From contig CM119268.1 of assembly GCA_051294375.1 (NCBI GenBank), positions 5,710,950-5,774,949 on the forward strand: DNA of 64,000 bases, in the 5' to 3' direction. This document shows, in pieces, positions 26,301 to 39,591 of this stretch (position 1 is its first letter; every line of letters starts with the position of its first letter). This stretch comes from Paraspadella gotoi (Eukaryota > Animalia > Chaetognatha). The notes beneath the pieces were generated by a model, which had not been told where the DNA came from, made no database searches, and worked only from the letters and a program-made list of their open reading frames with translations. Position numbers and translations under genes: made by a program.

Positions 26301-28871
26301 TGTCTTCTTCCTTCGTCTGATCGTTTTCATCCTCGACCATCACAAGATTCACAAGTCCCTCCTTCCTCCAACCATCTCTCTTTTCTTGTCGATCCTTCGC
26401 CCCGACTCTTTCTCGTTGCCCATTCTTTTCTGCTCTCTCTCTTCGCTCCATTTCCAACTCGCTTNNNNNNNNNNNNNNNNNNNNNNNNNNNNNNNNNNNN
26501 NNNNNNNNNNNNNNNNNNNNNNNNNNNNNNNNNNNNNNNNNNNNNNNNNNNNNNNNNNNNNNNNNNNNNNNNNNNNNNNNNNNNNNNNNNNNNNNNNNNN
26601 NNNNNNNNNNNNNNNNNNNNNNNNNNNNNNNNNNNNNNNNNNNNNNNNNCACTCCTATCCAACTGCTCCTCTACAAGCTCCACCTCCTTCCACTTCCCTT
26701 CCACCTCGTCGCACCATAGTCATTCAGCGTCCAACGCCATCCGCAGATCCAAATAACTGTTGAAGACGTTGGCGTTTCTGTTGGCGTTGCTGTTGGTCGA
26801 CGGTCGACGCCTCTCGTTGTTCGGTCCTTTCCATCCGGAGATGCGAGGGGCGGTGNNNNNNNNNNNNNNNNNNNNNNNNNNNNNNNNNNNNNNNNNNNNN
26901 NNNNNNNNNNNNNNNNNNNNNNNNNNNNNNNNNNNNNNNNNNNNNNNNNNNNNNNNNNNNNNNNNNNNNNNNNNNNNNNNNNNNNNNNNNNNNNNNNNNN
27001 NNNNNNNNNNNNNNNNNNNNNNNNNNNNNNNNNNNNNNNNNNNNNNNNNNNNNNNNNNNNNNNNNNNNNNNNNNNNNNNNNNNNNNNNNNNNNNNNNNNN
27101 NNNNNNNNNNNNNNNNNNNNNNNNNNNNNNNNNNNNNNNNNNNNNNNNNNNNNNNNNNNNNNNNNNNNNNNNNNNNNNNNNNNNNNNNNNNNNNNNNNNN
27201 NNNNNNNNNNNNNNNNNNNNNNNNNNNNNNNNNNNNNNNNNNNNNNNNNNNNNNNNNNNNNNNNNNNNNNNNNNNNNNNNNNNNNNNNNNTTTTTTTTTT
27301 TTTGAAAAGCTTATCGAATCCATAATCCCTAATGCATTCAATGCTGATTCCTCCCTAACCTAAAGGCAAACCCAGATCGCTAAAGAATTCCTTAACCCTA
27401 AACCCTGTTCTGCTTTCGAATTATTTCTGGCCTTAATATAAAGTTATGAACTTTAAATTATTAGCAAACCTCATATCTGTCTGTTATGATTACTTATTAG
27501 GTTTGTGGAATCAAATTATATTATTTAACTTTAGTGAATGAAACTATAAGTTTCACCGTCGACAATAGTTCACCTGTGATTGTAGGACATCAAAGGATTC
27601 ACGCAACCTTTTGAAGAGAGGAGCATCGTTTCCGTCACCACAGATCCTGGGGANNNNNNNNNNNNNNNNNNNNNNNNNNNNNNNNNNNNNNNNNNNNNNN
27701 NNNNNNNNNNNNNNNNNNNNNNNNNNNNNNNNNNNNNNNNNNNNNNNNNNNNNNNNNNNNNNNNNNNNNNNNNNNNNNNNNNNNNNNNNNNNNNNNNNNN
27801 NNNNNNNNNNNNNNNNNNNNNNNNNNNNNNNNNNNNNNNNNNNNNNNNNNNNNNNNNNNNNNNNNNNNNNNNNNNNNNNNNNNNNNNNNNNNNNNNNNNN
27901 NNNNNNNNNNNNNNNNNNNNNNNNNNNNNNNNNNNNNNNNNNNNNNNNNNNNNNNNNNNNNNNNNNNNNNNNNNNNNNNNNNNNNNNNNNNNNNNNNNNN
28001 NNNNNNNNNNNNNNNNNNNNNNNNNNNNNNNNNNNNNNNNNNNNNNNNNNNNNNNNNNNNNNNNNNNNNNNNNNNNNNNNNNNNNNNNNNNNNNNNNNNN
28101 NNNNNNNNNNNNNNNNNNNNNNNNNNNNNNNNNNNNNNNNNNNNNNNNNNNNNNNNNNATTTCTCTGTATATTTTTCCCTCTCTAAAAAGAGCCTTCTTG
28201 TCTAAGCGTCTCGAGATATCCGTCTGTCCTTTTCTGACGTATCAATGCGTTTCTTTTATCTTTCCACTTTTGCCAAAAAAAAAAAAAAAAACCCAAAAGA
28301 AAAACGAAAGAAAAACAAAATAGCATCGAGATTCTTGTTTTTGTTTCAGGCGCTAAAAAGGTGGAACAGATTTCCGGCAAAACTGGCGAATAAAAGAGTA
28401 AAGATGAGAGAGAGTGACCAAAGTGACCTCTTGACCTTTCGATCGCCTGACCCCTTTGGCCATTATGACCTTTGACCCTTTAAACCGCTTGATGACCCGA
28501 ATTCCAATCACCTCGTCTTTTCTGACCTTTCACCCTTTTGGATCACAATCACACTTTGGCACTATTTTCTAAAACCGCCAAAATTCTGTTTTTTATCCAA
28601 TCCCTAACCCTAATTCTTATCTTTAATCCTCAACGCTAATCTTTAATCATTATCCAAAACCCTAATCACTAAGCCTCTATCTAATTCCTAAACTTTATCC
28701 CTAACCAATTATCTAACCCTTTAACCCTAAAAATCTAACTCAATGCTAAACTAAAGCAAAGAAATGGGGCGCTGAAGTAAATATATATCTACTCATCTTC
28801 CATGTCATTAAAATCATCCATAAAACGTCATTTAAATTCTCATTCGATGCCATTCTACCGATTTATCATCA

Positions 28872-31800
28872 TCATTTTTCATCACCTTTTGAATCTTCGG
28901 CGAAAGCGACTTGAGTTGCTCTCTTATTCGTCGTCGTCGTCGTCGTCGTCGTCGTCATCGTCGGTCTCATCTCCACCTCCCCCTCCTCCTCTTCCTCCTC
29001 TACAATCTCGTCCCTGCTCCCTCCTCCTCCTTCTCCTCCTCCTTTTCCTCCCTTCTCACCCCCGCCCATTAACCTCTTCACCCCCGCCTCCACTCCCGCC
29101 ACCAAGAAAGACATCAACACTCCGATCGCCATGACGACGAAGACGCCGGCCAGGTGAGGCAGGGTGAGTTCCGTCACGGATTTGTCGCCGGCGGCGCAGG
29201 AGGAATGATGGCGGAACCACTTTAGGGTGGGGAGGGTGAGGGACATCGAGAGAGGGTAAGTTAGTTGGTGATGAGAACGAAAGAGAAACGGAGATTTGCT
29301 ACTACCTATTTATATTTTTAAAAAAGTGACAACAATTTTCAATTTTACAAAAATCAACTTTTTTTTTTTCAAAACTTTGAAAGTTATAACTAGAATAAGT
29401 TTGAAAATTATGAATTAGATAAACACGATAGGAAGTTAATAAACTAGACTGCCAGTTTTGATTAAAAGGTTGTAGGGTCTTGCTGTATGTTATCATTTTG
29501 AAAGAGATAAGGAAGCCTTAAGTCACCATAGCCTGACCAAAGCCCAGGGCAAGAGAGCTTATGTATTAAATGAATACAAAATTATTACATTGATTGACCG
29601 ATTTCAAAATTTGCAACTCAAATTGACCTTTTGTCTGATTTGATAAAGTTCTCCCTTTTCCTCCATTTTCAAAATGGCGACGGTCAAATCGTGACGCATT
29701 TCCGATTCCGATCCGCGGACGCCGATCGCGTAGTCCTGACATCGAAATTTGGGGTTAAGGTTGTTGTTTTCGCTGCTGTTGTTGGTGTTTTTGTTGCTTT
29801 TGACGATGATGACGACGATAGCAATGACTTTGATGAAGACGACAATGTTAATGACAACGATGTTGATAATAACGATGACGATGACGATTATCACGACCAA
29901 GATGACGATGACAACGATGATAATGAGATTAATATTGATTCCTATCGATGATGTTTACGATGATGACTACGATGACGAACTTGATTTTGATGACGACGTT
30001 AACAACGACGANNNNNNNNNNNNNNNNNNNNNNNNNTTACAACGACGATTTCTCCCCCACCCCTTTCCCCACACCCACCTGCGACCCATAAGACGTTTCC
30101 CACGACATCTATCGCATTCGTGATTCTGCGTGTATTCGTGATCTGAAGGTTCCTCAGATGAAAGCTAATCCGCTCTTTGACTCTTCTTTCTTCCTCCGTG
30201 ATCGTTTGGGACCAGGCCGCGCTGTTGACCCATCTCGTCGCATTTTGCTTGGTCGCGTTTTGGAAAATCCTTTGAATCGGTGGAGTGATTTGGTGGAGAA
30301 GCGTGATTTAGAGTGTTGGTCGGGTTACGCGATGAGTTGATTGTAAATACAGGCTAAAACCAGTGAAATCACATCAGTGTTTTTTACTCGTTTCTTTCTT
30401 GCCTCCCATCTTTTCTCCGTGCTGAGACTCCATAGCCACTTGTATCTCCTTCATCCTTTCCTTCTTTCTATCTCCATTCCTTATTTCTTTCTTCTTTCTA
30501 TTTTTTACTTTTCTCTTCTCCTCTGCGTGTCCTTTCTTCCTCTTTTCCATTTCCTTTTTTTATCAAGATTTTTCCTTCCTTTCTCACCCTCTTCCTTCCT
30601 GTCCTTCCTTCCTTCCTTCCTTCTCTTATCTTCTTATTCTTCTTCCCTGTATCCTTCCTTCCTTCTCCACTTTCTCTCCCTCTTCCCTTTTTCACACCTT
30701 TCTCCTGATGTCCTACCCTTTCCTTTTCTCCCTCATTCTCCTTTTGCTTTCTCCTCATCTTCCTTTCCTTTCTCCCTTAGATTCCTCCTTTTCTTTCTCC
30801 CCGATCCTCCCTTTCTTTTCCCTCATTCCTTCCTTTTCGTTCTCCCTCTTCCGCCTTTTCTTTCTCCCTCATTCCTTCCTTTTGCTTTCTCCCTCAATTC
30901 CTCCTTTTCGTTCTCCCTCATTTCCTTCTTTTCGTTCTCCGCGCCTCCTCCCCTCCCTCGCCTTTCCTTTCTTTTCTCCCTGATTCCTCCCTTCCTCCTC
31001 CTCTTCCTCCCTCCCTCCTTTTCTTTCCTTTCGTCCTCTCCTCTCTCGCCTTTCCTGCCATCCCGCGACTTCGCACCTTGACTCTGCATCAAAAACCGCT
31101 GACCTGTCGAGATGGCGACGGTCTCGTATTATGATTCCTTCTGCCGCGATGAGATCGGAATGTCGTTGATTACGGCGACGCGATCTGTTTGCGCACGTCA
31201 TGAAGGCGGCCATGTTGGCCGTTGTAGAAGGGCGCAGAGGATGAGGTGAGACGAATCCATCCTTTAGAGGGGGAGTAGGGGGGGTCGGTTTGTGGGGGGA
31301 CGAAGGAGGGGACGGGTCGACGAGCGGCGGGGGTCTAAGAGAAATATTGGGAATATATTAGATATAATAAGAGTAATTTTGATAAGAGGATATCCACTGA
31401 CCCGGATATACAGGTTTTTAAGCAACCACGTCTCGTTACTCGAGTCAGGAGCTAGATAACTTATTTCTGGTTTTATGCAATATTTTAAATTAGATGTATT
31501 AATCTAATTTATTTGGTATTTAAGCTTACAACTTAGACTTAACTGAACGAGGTGTCTGCGAAAAGGATATTTAAAAATTCCTGATCGCTAAAAGAAAATC
31601 AGTCGTCGCTCATCATCCAATCGAGCTGATGAACGCTGGAAACCCTTCCTTCACAGACTAAATCGCTGTCTCGACACTTCACAGTTCTTCACACATGTGT
31701 TACAGTCTTCACACTCACTCAAATCGAAAGTGAGAAACCGTGCCGAGATTGATCATCGGCAGCCTGATTCGTCCCGCCACGACACAAATTGCGCCGAAAG

Positions 31801-34558
31801 AGAACCAACCGACTCGAATTAAAGTGTAGCGCATGTTGGTTAATCGAGCTCTCCGTTCACTCATGTGGCCTTTGAAGTGGGGGGAGGAAAAAAACAGTAC
31901 GGTATGTCACTGTCGACGATTTAATCAAATAAACGAAGGGTAATTAATTGTGAAGTGAAGGAAGGTTGACAATAGTATTATTCGATCTCATACGGGACTA
32001 TTTGTCCGAAGATGCGACTCTTTTCTTAAACCTAAATCCCTGTCATAAACCGTAATTAAATAAATACCCTAAATCTAATCCATATTTCTTATCTCCCTAA
32101 TATTAATCCTTAATCCATTAATTCCTTAACTGCATTAATCCGTATTCATCGTAATCCTTAATCATTAATGCCTTAATAATTAACCTTAATCATTAACCTT
32201 AATCATTAAATTCTTAATCTTAAACCAATATCTTTAACTTACTTATTCAATATTCATAAATATCAGTATCTTTGCAAGAAACAATGAACCGTATCTCTGA
32301 TAATAAACGTAAAACCGTGTTGGTAAAAGAATAAAACTCTACCCGATGAAACTTACCTGGAATCGAAACTGACCTGACTGGCATACTGTCGAGAATGTAG
32401 GAGACCGGACGCCGAATGGAGAGGATGCAAGGTCAATGCCCCGACGCAGCCAGACGTCGCCTTGATAAGGTCTGAATGAATGGTAAAGATGCTCTTCGGT
32501 GCTGCGACCGGCTTCTTGGAGGAACGCTGAGACCTGTCGTGAAAAAAGGTTTCGTGAAATCCATCACCTGGGTCCGAGTGAATAGCGTGAGAAAGGATGA
32601 GTTTCACGAGTAATGTTTAATTGTAAATTAATAATATTGTTGTTGTGAAACACTTTTAAAAAAAAAACCTCTCCTTCTTGTTTTTTCTTTAAAAAAAGAA
32701 GAATATATTTGATTTATAAGTTTTATATTATATTATATTTATATTAAAGAGCAAATTGACCTAAACGAGATATCACTGCTCGAACCGCTTCACTCTTCCC
32801 TCGAGTGGTGACGCGCCATATCGCCACGCACCGCGTCAACTTCCCCGCGCAGTCAGCTGCGCAAACCATCCCGTCCCAATCCCGAGGTCAGTCTGGTCCT
32901 TCGTGTGCCCGTACATCCGTCCGTCGGAGAAGCGAATCGTCACCGATAGGGAGAATCGAACGTGAATTCTTGGATTCCGGGAGAGGAGGTCGACGAGGAA
33001 GCCTTCTGCAGGGGAAGTAAAAGTGAGAAGGGAGAGGGAGAGAGGGCAGAAGCCTTCAAACTGCCTGAACAATTCTTCTCAACAATAACGTCAGACTACT
33101 AAAACCTTACCCAAGTTTATTCGAAAACTCAAACGAACTCACCCTCACGTCTGATCCGTTTTCTGCTTCGCGATCATCGATGCGAATGTTCCGAAACAGC
33201 AGAAGGAAAAGGAGGTTCCGTTCGACAGTCACGATCCTGAGTGAAGGCATTCAATAGAGAATCAATAGCCATTTTTTAAATCCTAAAGGTTCATTTGCAT
33301 AGTGCAGTGTTAGGGTATAGAAAAGTGTAAATTTTTGAACTTATTGGCAAGGAAATTTTACAAAAGTTACAAAGAATCTACATTTTTGAATAACTAAGGG
33401 CGTTAAAAAATATGACAGAAGTTATTCATATTTCTGACAGTATTGTACTGTTTTACTGTATGGCATATTTTGTTTAGATAACACATACTGGTCCTTTTTT
33501 TATCAAGTAGTAGAGCCAAATTAAATAAATGGATCGACACGTATTATCCACACAAATTTGACATTTATACCTTTATGTTCATTTTAGTTATGTCTGTTGA
33601 GTAAATTTAATTATAGTGTGGAGTCATTTATGTTATTACGATATCTAAGTCATGTTTTGGTCCTTTATTCATACTCATATGTGACCATGTCATGTATATG
33701 TTGTTAAATCATTTTTAGATTCATTTAGTCATTAAGGTTATTCATTGTCTTTCATGTATTTTATGTCACTCTTATGTCATTTTAATGTAAACTGTGTTTT
33801 ATTATTTTTGAAATAAAAAAAAAAAAAAAAAAAAAAAATCCTGAACGTTCTGGTACGAAGCGTAAAATTTTGTACCTTGGCAGATACAGTTTTTCGTCTT
33901 TTCACGTTTTACTGATACTGTTACTGGTTCTTTTGTATTCAAAAATTGAATTAAATATTAAAAAAATACTCCCCTCACACCAGTTTTACACGGTTCACTT
34001 TTTATTGTCAGATTTTGCATTATCGATCTTCGCTAATTACTTAATAAAATCGCTTTCTCCTCTGACCTTGATTTTCCGCTGGAACCAAGATTTCCTTCTC
34101 GCTTTTTCTCGTCAAGGAATAAAAAAAACTCCAGGCGTCGCTGGAGCGCGCGATCTGCAAGCCATGGTTGGTGGGAAAAAAAAGGCCCCCCCGTGAAAGT
34201 TGTAAAAAGGGTTTTTAAAAAACCCGCTTTCTTACTCCGTGGTCTGAAGCTGCTACCCCTTTTTTCCATACCTTATATTTTCCTGTTTACTTTCTATATA
34301 CTTCCTTTTCTTCCTCCTTTTATTTTTCTTTCACCATAGTTCCCTCTCCTGTGTTTCTCCTTCTTCCTTCCCTTCCCTTCCGCCTTTTTTTCCTCAGTCC
34401 CCGTACTTTTCACTTCTCTCTCTCTCCTTCACCTTCTTTCTCTCTTTTACTCCAGTTCCCTCCCTCCCTCTCCTCTCTCCCTCTTCTCATCATCTCTCCT
34501 TTTCTCTCTCTCTCTCTCTCTCTCGTCTCCTTCGCTCTCTCTCTACATCTTACCCTCT

Positions 34559-34596
<38 letters not shown>

Positions 34597-37435
34597 CTCT
34601 CCCTCAACCCCACCCACCTCCAAATCCCTCCACCAGCGCCGTCTTCGTTCTGCCTTCCAGTGCAATCGCGCCAGTTCGCAACGCGGGCCGCTTGACCTCC
34701 AAAATATCAACTCGCGGAACGCGGGCGCCCGTCGATGGAGAGAACGACGGGCGCTCGACGCCGGGAATGACCAACGAGGAGGGAGAGGAGAATAGGAGGA
34801 AGGAGCGCGGCCTGGGAAAATGATTGATTGACTTTATAGAATTGATTTAGGGATGATTAATTTAGGGATTTACTGAAGATGATTGATGATTTTTTCATTT
34901 TTCCTACTATGCTGATGATTATTTCGTGAATAAATGAGGGATTAGATAAGACCCTAACATTGATTATTGATCTTGTAGATTCATATATTGATTGTTTTTT
35001 GTTAAAAGTAACTTAAATTTTATGATTGGTTAATTGAGGGATTATTTATTCTTTAGTTTATGATATTACTGAGAATTTATTCAAATTTCATTATGATTGG
35101 ATTGATCTGACTCCCATAATTGATTCGATCAAATTCGACAATCCATCTCTCCCACCCGCAAAATCCGCACATCTCCCGCCACGCCTGCTGCCCGTCTCCC
35201 CTACTGCCGTGGCTTCCTGCGGCGGTCTTGCAGAGCGACAGGCGTCCAGCTGCCCCAGACCTGCACGCCGTGGCCGAGGAGGAATGAAGAGGAACAGTAG
35301 GACATAGCGCGCTGTCACGGTCGACGTGGCTCCCGACCTGCCAGAGGAAATCGCGATTTAAGAGGTTAGCGGAGGATTGAGTTCCATTCACCAACCCAAG
35401 ACGAATTGTGAGAAGAAATCGAAGAGTCTGCGAGGGCCTTAAAAAAAGAAAGGGCGGGGGAGGCACTGTGAGAGGTCTAGCAGGGTGATGAACGGAAAAC
35501 TTACTTCGCTTGACTAATTTGTGGGCCCTTGATGATAAAATGAAAAAAAGTAGGCACTGTGAGAGGCTCCGTAGGAGGTTGAGACAGAAAATTGTTTTGC
35601 AGATTGAGTTCGAAGGGCCTTTTATTGTTTAATGTGAGATGTCGCCGTTAAGGTAGATTCATAAAATATTTCTTGCTGGATAAGGAAAAATGAGTGGCCA
35701 GCCTCAAAGATAGCTCATAGCCAGTAAATTGTCCCTAATGCTTTCGAAGTGGCTCCTCACTGCCTCCCCCCGGACAAATATCACCGCTCTCTTCTAATCT
35801 TCCACACTTTACACCCGTTCCGACATCGCTCTCAGTCACTACATCATCCACTCCAGGCCACCGCAAACACACCATCATCACTACACTCTATTCACAAACT
35901 CCTTTCACCCACCCAACCGTCAACCACTCCATCAAAAAACTCTATCAATCACTCCATCAATGACTCCATCGAATACTCCTATCAACCTTGCACGCGAGTC
36001 GGCGGTGAGGGGTGAGCGAGTCCAGAGAAGGAATCCTGAACGGCCGACGCGTTTCGAGGCGAAGCGCAGGTTGAGCGAGCAGGCGGAGCTGAGGAGGGGA
36101 GGTGAGGTAGGTCAAGGCATGGGTAAGTTAAAGACTAGGTAAAGAGAGCACTCGCTTTGTTGAGCGAAGACGTAAAGATAAGGATTGGAAAGATAGTAGG
36201 TGGGCACAAAAACGAATAACGCGTTTCATCGGTGTTAGACAAGCTCACAAGTTTTAGTCAAAGCATACAAGAAAGTATCTATGAGTTTAGCTTTAAAGAA
36301 TCTTGCAAAAAAAAATTAATAAAGACTACAGTTTATTATTTATCATTCATTTTTAACAATTGTTTCAAGATGTGTAAAAAATTAATCTTTGAAATAATAA
36401 AGTTTTTCTAAGTTAATGTACACGATACAAAATTAAATCTAACGGTATGAAGCCTAATTTCTAATGTTTACTATGATCCATTTGAAATTACCGTGCTACC
36501 GCAAATGAGCTTCCCCCGTCGCTGATATTTCGCGAAATGATGACGGGAACTTGAAGAGAAAAATAATTTTTAATCGGTTACATCTAATATAAACATCATA
36601 AATCGACAGTCTAAAACAATTATTGCGAACTTACGGCAGCTACATTTACCGAAAACCCCATCCTTCGATTCCTCTTCCCTGAAGATTAATTTTAAAATTC
36701 AATATTTAATCGAAATCTATTTAACGAACCTTTAAACAATAATCTTAAAGCCCTAGCCAATCTTTTAAAACCCTAAGGCCGTTGATTACCCGCAAATAAA
36801 TAGATTTAAAATATGTAATAATAAAGAGAATTACAGCGACACGACAGGTATAAACTGAACTTCAGTTATATTCCGTAAAAGGATCCTTGCGACGAAAGTC
36901 TCCCACACTGGCAATTTGAAGTCGCCCAGAATCCCCTAAATTAATCATTAGCCCTAACCTATCACCCTATCTTCAAACTTTAAATTTATATATATTCTGA
37001 TTAAAGCGGAAACGGGATAACTTCAGAGAATTATTGGGCCGAACTTACCATCCTCTACCTTCCGCCGCCAAATCGCATGAGGAACTCTCTTGGTCTCCTT
37101 CGTAAGAGAAAAGCGAAGGAAGACCAACGGTAAAGGAAGATACGACGTCGGAGTTCGAGACGGGCGAGGAAAAGTCGGAAGCGAGAAGCTGCCGGAGGAA
37201 AGGGGAAAGGGAAGAGGGAGAGAAGGAGAGCAGGAAAGGGTAGGAGAAAAAGAAGGAAGAGAGGAGGACAGCAGAAAGAGATGCAGGGATGAAAGATGAG
37301 AGAATAAAGGAATTGAAAGAATTGAAGTAAAGTAAAAGTGATTATGATACAACTCGCATCTTACACTTTCTGTTTCTCCCTTTCTCATTCCTCTCTCTCT
37401 CTCTCTCTCCTCTCCTCTCTCTCTCCTCTCTCTCC

Positions 37436-37469
<34 letters not shown>

Positions 37470-38072
37470 CTCTACTTCTCTCACCTGCACCACAGGGTAT
37501 ACTTTTTGGCATCAATAATCTGGAATCGAAGACCAAATAAACGATTTGCAGATTCTTCGGCCACAGTGCCACTTTCGTTGAAACTAGCCCATCATTGCGA
37601 CTATCGGTTCGTCTTGAATGTTTAACTAATTGATGAATACGATTCAATAAAAAATTGTATTATATCATGATAATTTAAAATTGATAGCTAGAACTATCTT
37701 GATTGGATGTTTCATTGCTTGCTCCACCTGCTGCTCTATCTCTATACCTCAAATCTGCACCCTCCTCTCAATATATATCTTATGTTCTTTATTATCTCGA
37801 GGTCTCTTTCAGCGGCGAGCTTTGATATATTTTCGCAGGTCGCAAGTCTCCACGCTGAAACTCAGACTCGAACCCGAGACCCTGGTCAGGGTTTCGACCA
37901 ACCCTCTCAAACGTCGGAGGCGGAGAGGGAGGAGTAGGAGGAGGAGGAGGAGGAAGAGGAGTTGAGCGGAAGATGGAACATGGCGACTACGATATCTTGG
38001 AAGCGAAGGAGGAAGGGAGGAGAAGGAAGAAGAAAAAGAGGCTAGAGGAAGCAAAGCGAGGAAACGAGGCCA

Positions 38073-38073
<1 letters not shown>
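28872..38073 (-). CDS. iGluR copy B: the only full-length copy (ATG to stop), heavily indel-corrupted in its 5' and middle exons
   Basis: ATG at 38073 with all exons of copy A colinear. Clean 3' exons: 29628-29735 (DYAIGVRGSESEMRHDLTVAILKMEEKGELYQIRQK) and 28872-29219 (WFRHHSSC...TELTLPHLAGVFVVMAIGVLMSFLVAGVE = M4, then a Gly/Glu/Thr-rich tail and stop). Confidence 0.85.
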
Positions 38074-38108
<35 letters not shown>

Positions 38109-39591
38109 GTTGTTGTTGTGTTGTTGTTTTGTTTGTAGTCTTTTCGCAAATGACGATTGTTTAATTTCTTTTTTCATCTTTGAAAGTTTTTTAATGACGT
38201 TCGTTAGATGAAAAAGTTGACAGTGAATTTTGACTTCTCAAATTTTTTAATCCTATTGGAAAATAAAAATCAAGATCGGTTCATTAAAATTGTTGTAGCC
38301 GGCAGTGACTTTATTTTTCACGTGTATTTCTCATGAACATGACTTGACTTGTTTTTGCTTAGCCCACGCTTATCAGGTGATTTTAATGATAAATGATAAG
38401 ACTACTTCACGAAATATTTTATTGACCGAATTTTTATAGATAGGCAGAGACGACAGATTACACATCATCGTATTGAAACCCGTCCAAAAATTAAAACGAA
38501 AAAAAAAATCAACTTTTTGGTATACAACTTTATATAATATTTATGTTAAGTTTCACTATCGCTAATGATTTGAACCAGAGGAAAGGAGATACCCAACTCT
38601 CTCTTCAGCAAAATGTATACATTGGACCCTGGTTAGATCCCGGGAGTTTTTTCTGTTTTCGTCACGTTCTATAGATACCGGGTTGATTAACCGGCCATTC
38701 GTCAATACGTGAAGTAGAACAAAACGTAGATGAAAAAAAGCATCAATGGACAGTAAGTGTGGAGTACAATATTATATCCCGGATCTAATACCGAAAAGAC
38801 ACATTGGGAGTCCTTTTATAAAAATGAAGCGTTCTTTGAAAAAATGTTTCGTGTCCAAAATCAAGGGGCAAAGATTGCTTATTTATAAATGAATGGATAA
38901 TTTTTATATGGTTGTACCAACTCATAACTTAGCCAGGGTGTTAATAAACGAGACTCTCAGAGAGTATTGATTAAAATGTTGCAGGGTCCTCATTTGCATG
39001 GATCTCGTCACGTGATAATTTTGATGAGGTGAGGAGGCCTGGTAACCAACCCTGCCTTCTGAACCCACACAAAGCCTCGAGGCAAATACAAGCTGAGTGA
39101 TTTAGGGGAATTAGTGGAGAAATTAGACACAAGACGAATGAATTCTGATGTGTAATGTAAGGAAAAAACATCGGAAGTGCATAGTAAGAACCGGATGCGA
39201 TGTTGAATGAATAAAATACTTTTTTTGTTTATCGCGCTGAAAAAACAAATGTCAAATAAAAATACTAGATAATTTCGAAATCTCAGGTGGAAGCGAAGTT
39301 CGCGATGTAAACAAAGAGGGAACGAGAAATGGGTAAACAAAAGGGAGACGCGAGACACTGGAAAACAAGAGAGAAGAGAGAGAGAGAGAGAGAGACACAC
39401 AGAAGGCGAGAGATCGGCCACCTCCAACGCACGAGACGAGATGGTGTGTGAGCAGACTCGACCATTCGATGACGTGAGAGAGATCTGAGAGAGAGAAGAG
39501 AGAGAGCAGACGTGTTCCAACGTGTGGTGTCGAGTTTCGCTAGTGAGTGGTGGGCTGAGAATATCGGTCGGTGATTCCGATCAACATTATT

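Larger units (their letters stand above)
12320..31375 (+). repeat. ~9-10 kb direct tandem duplication: 12320-22277 vs 22278-31375
   Basis: Colinear matches throughout, e.g. 12352/22288, 14111/23421, 16322/25656, 19070/28160, 20521/29594. The junction at ~22277 joins iGluR intron sequence (=31360/40381) to the start of the unit. Confidence 0.9.

Noticed and set aside
881-28186. Long ORFs in the track made of X, SL/ER or F/K runs
   Set aside because: They are produced by N gaps and (GA)n, (GAC)n or poly-purine tracts, not by coding signal.
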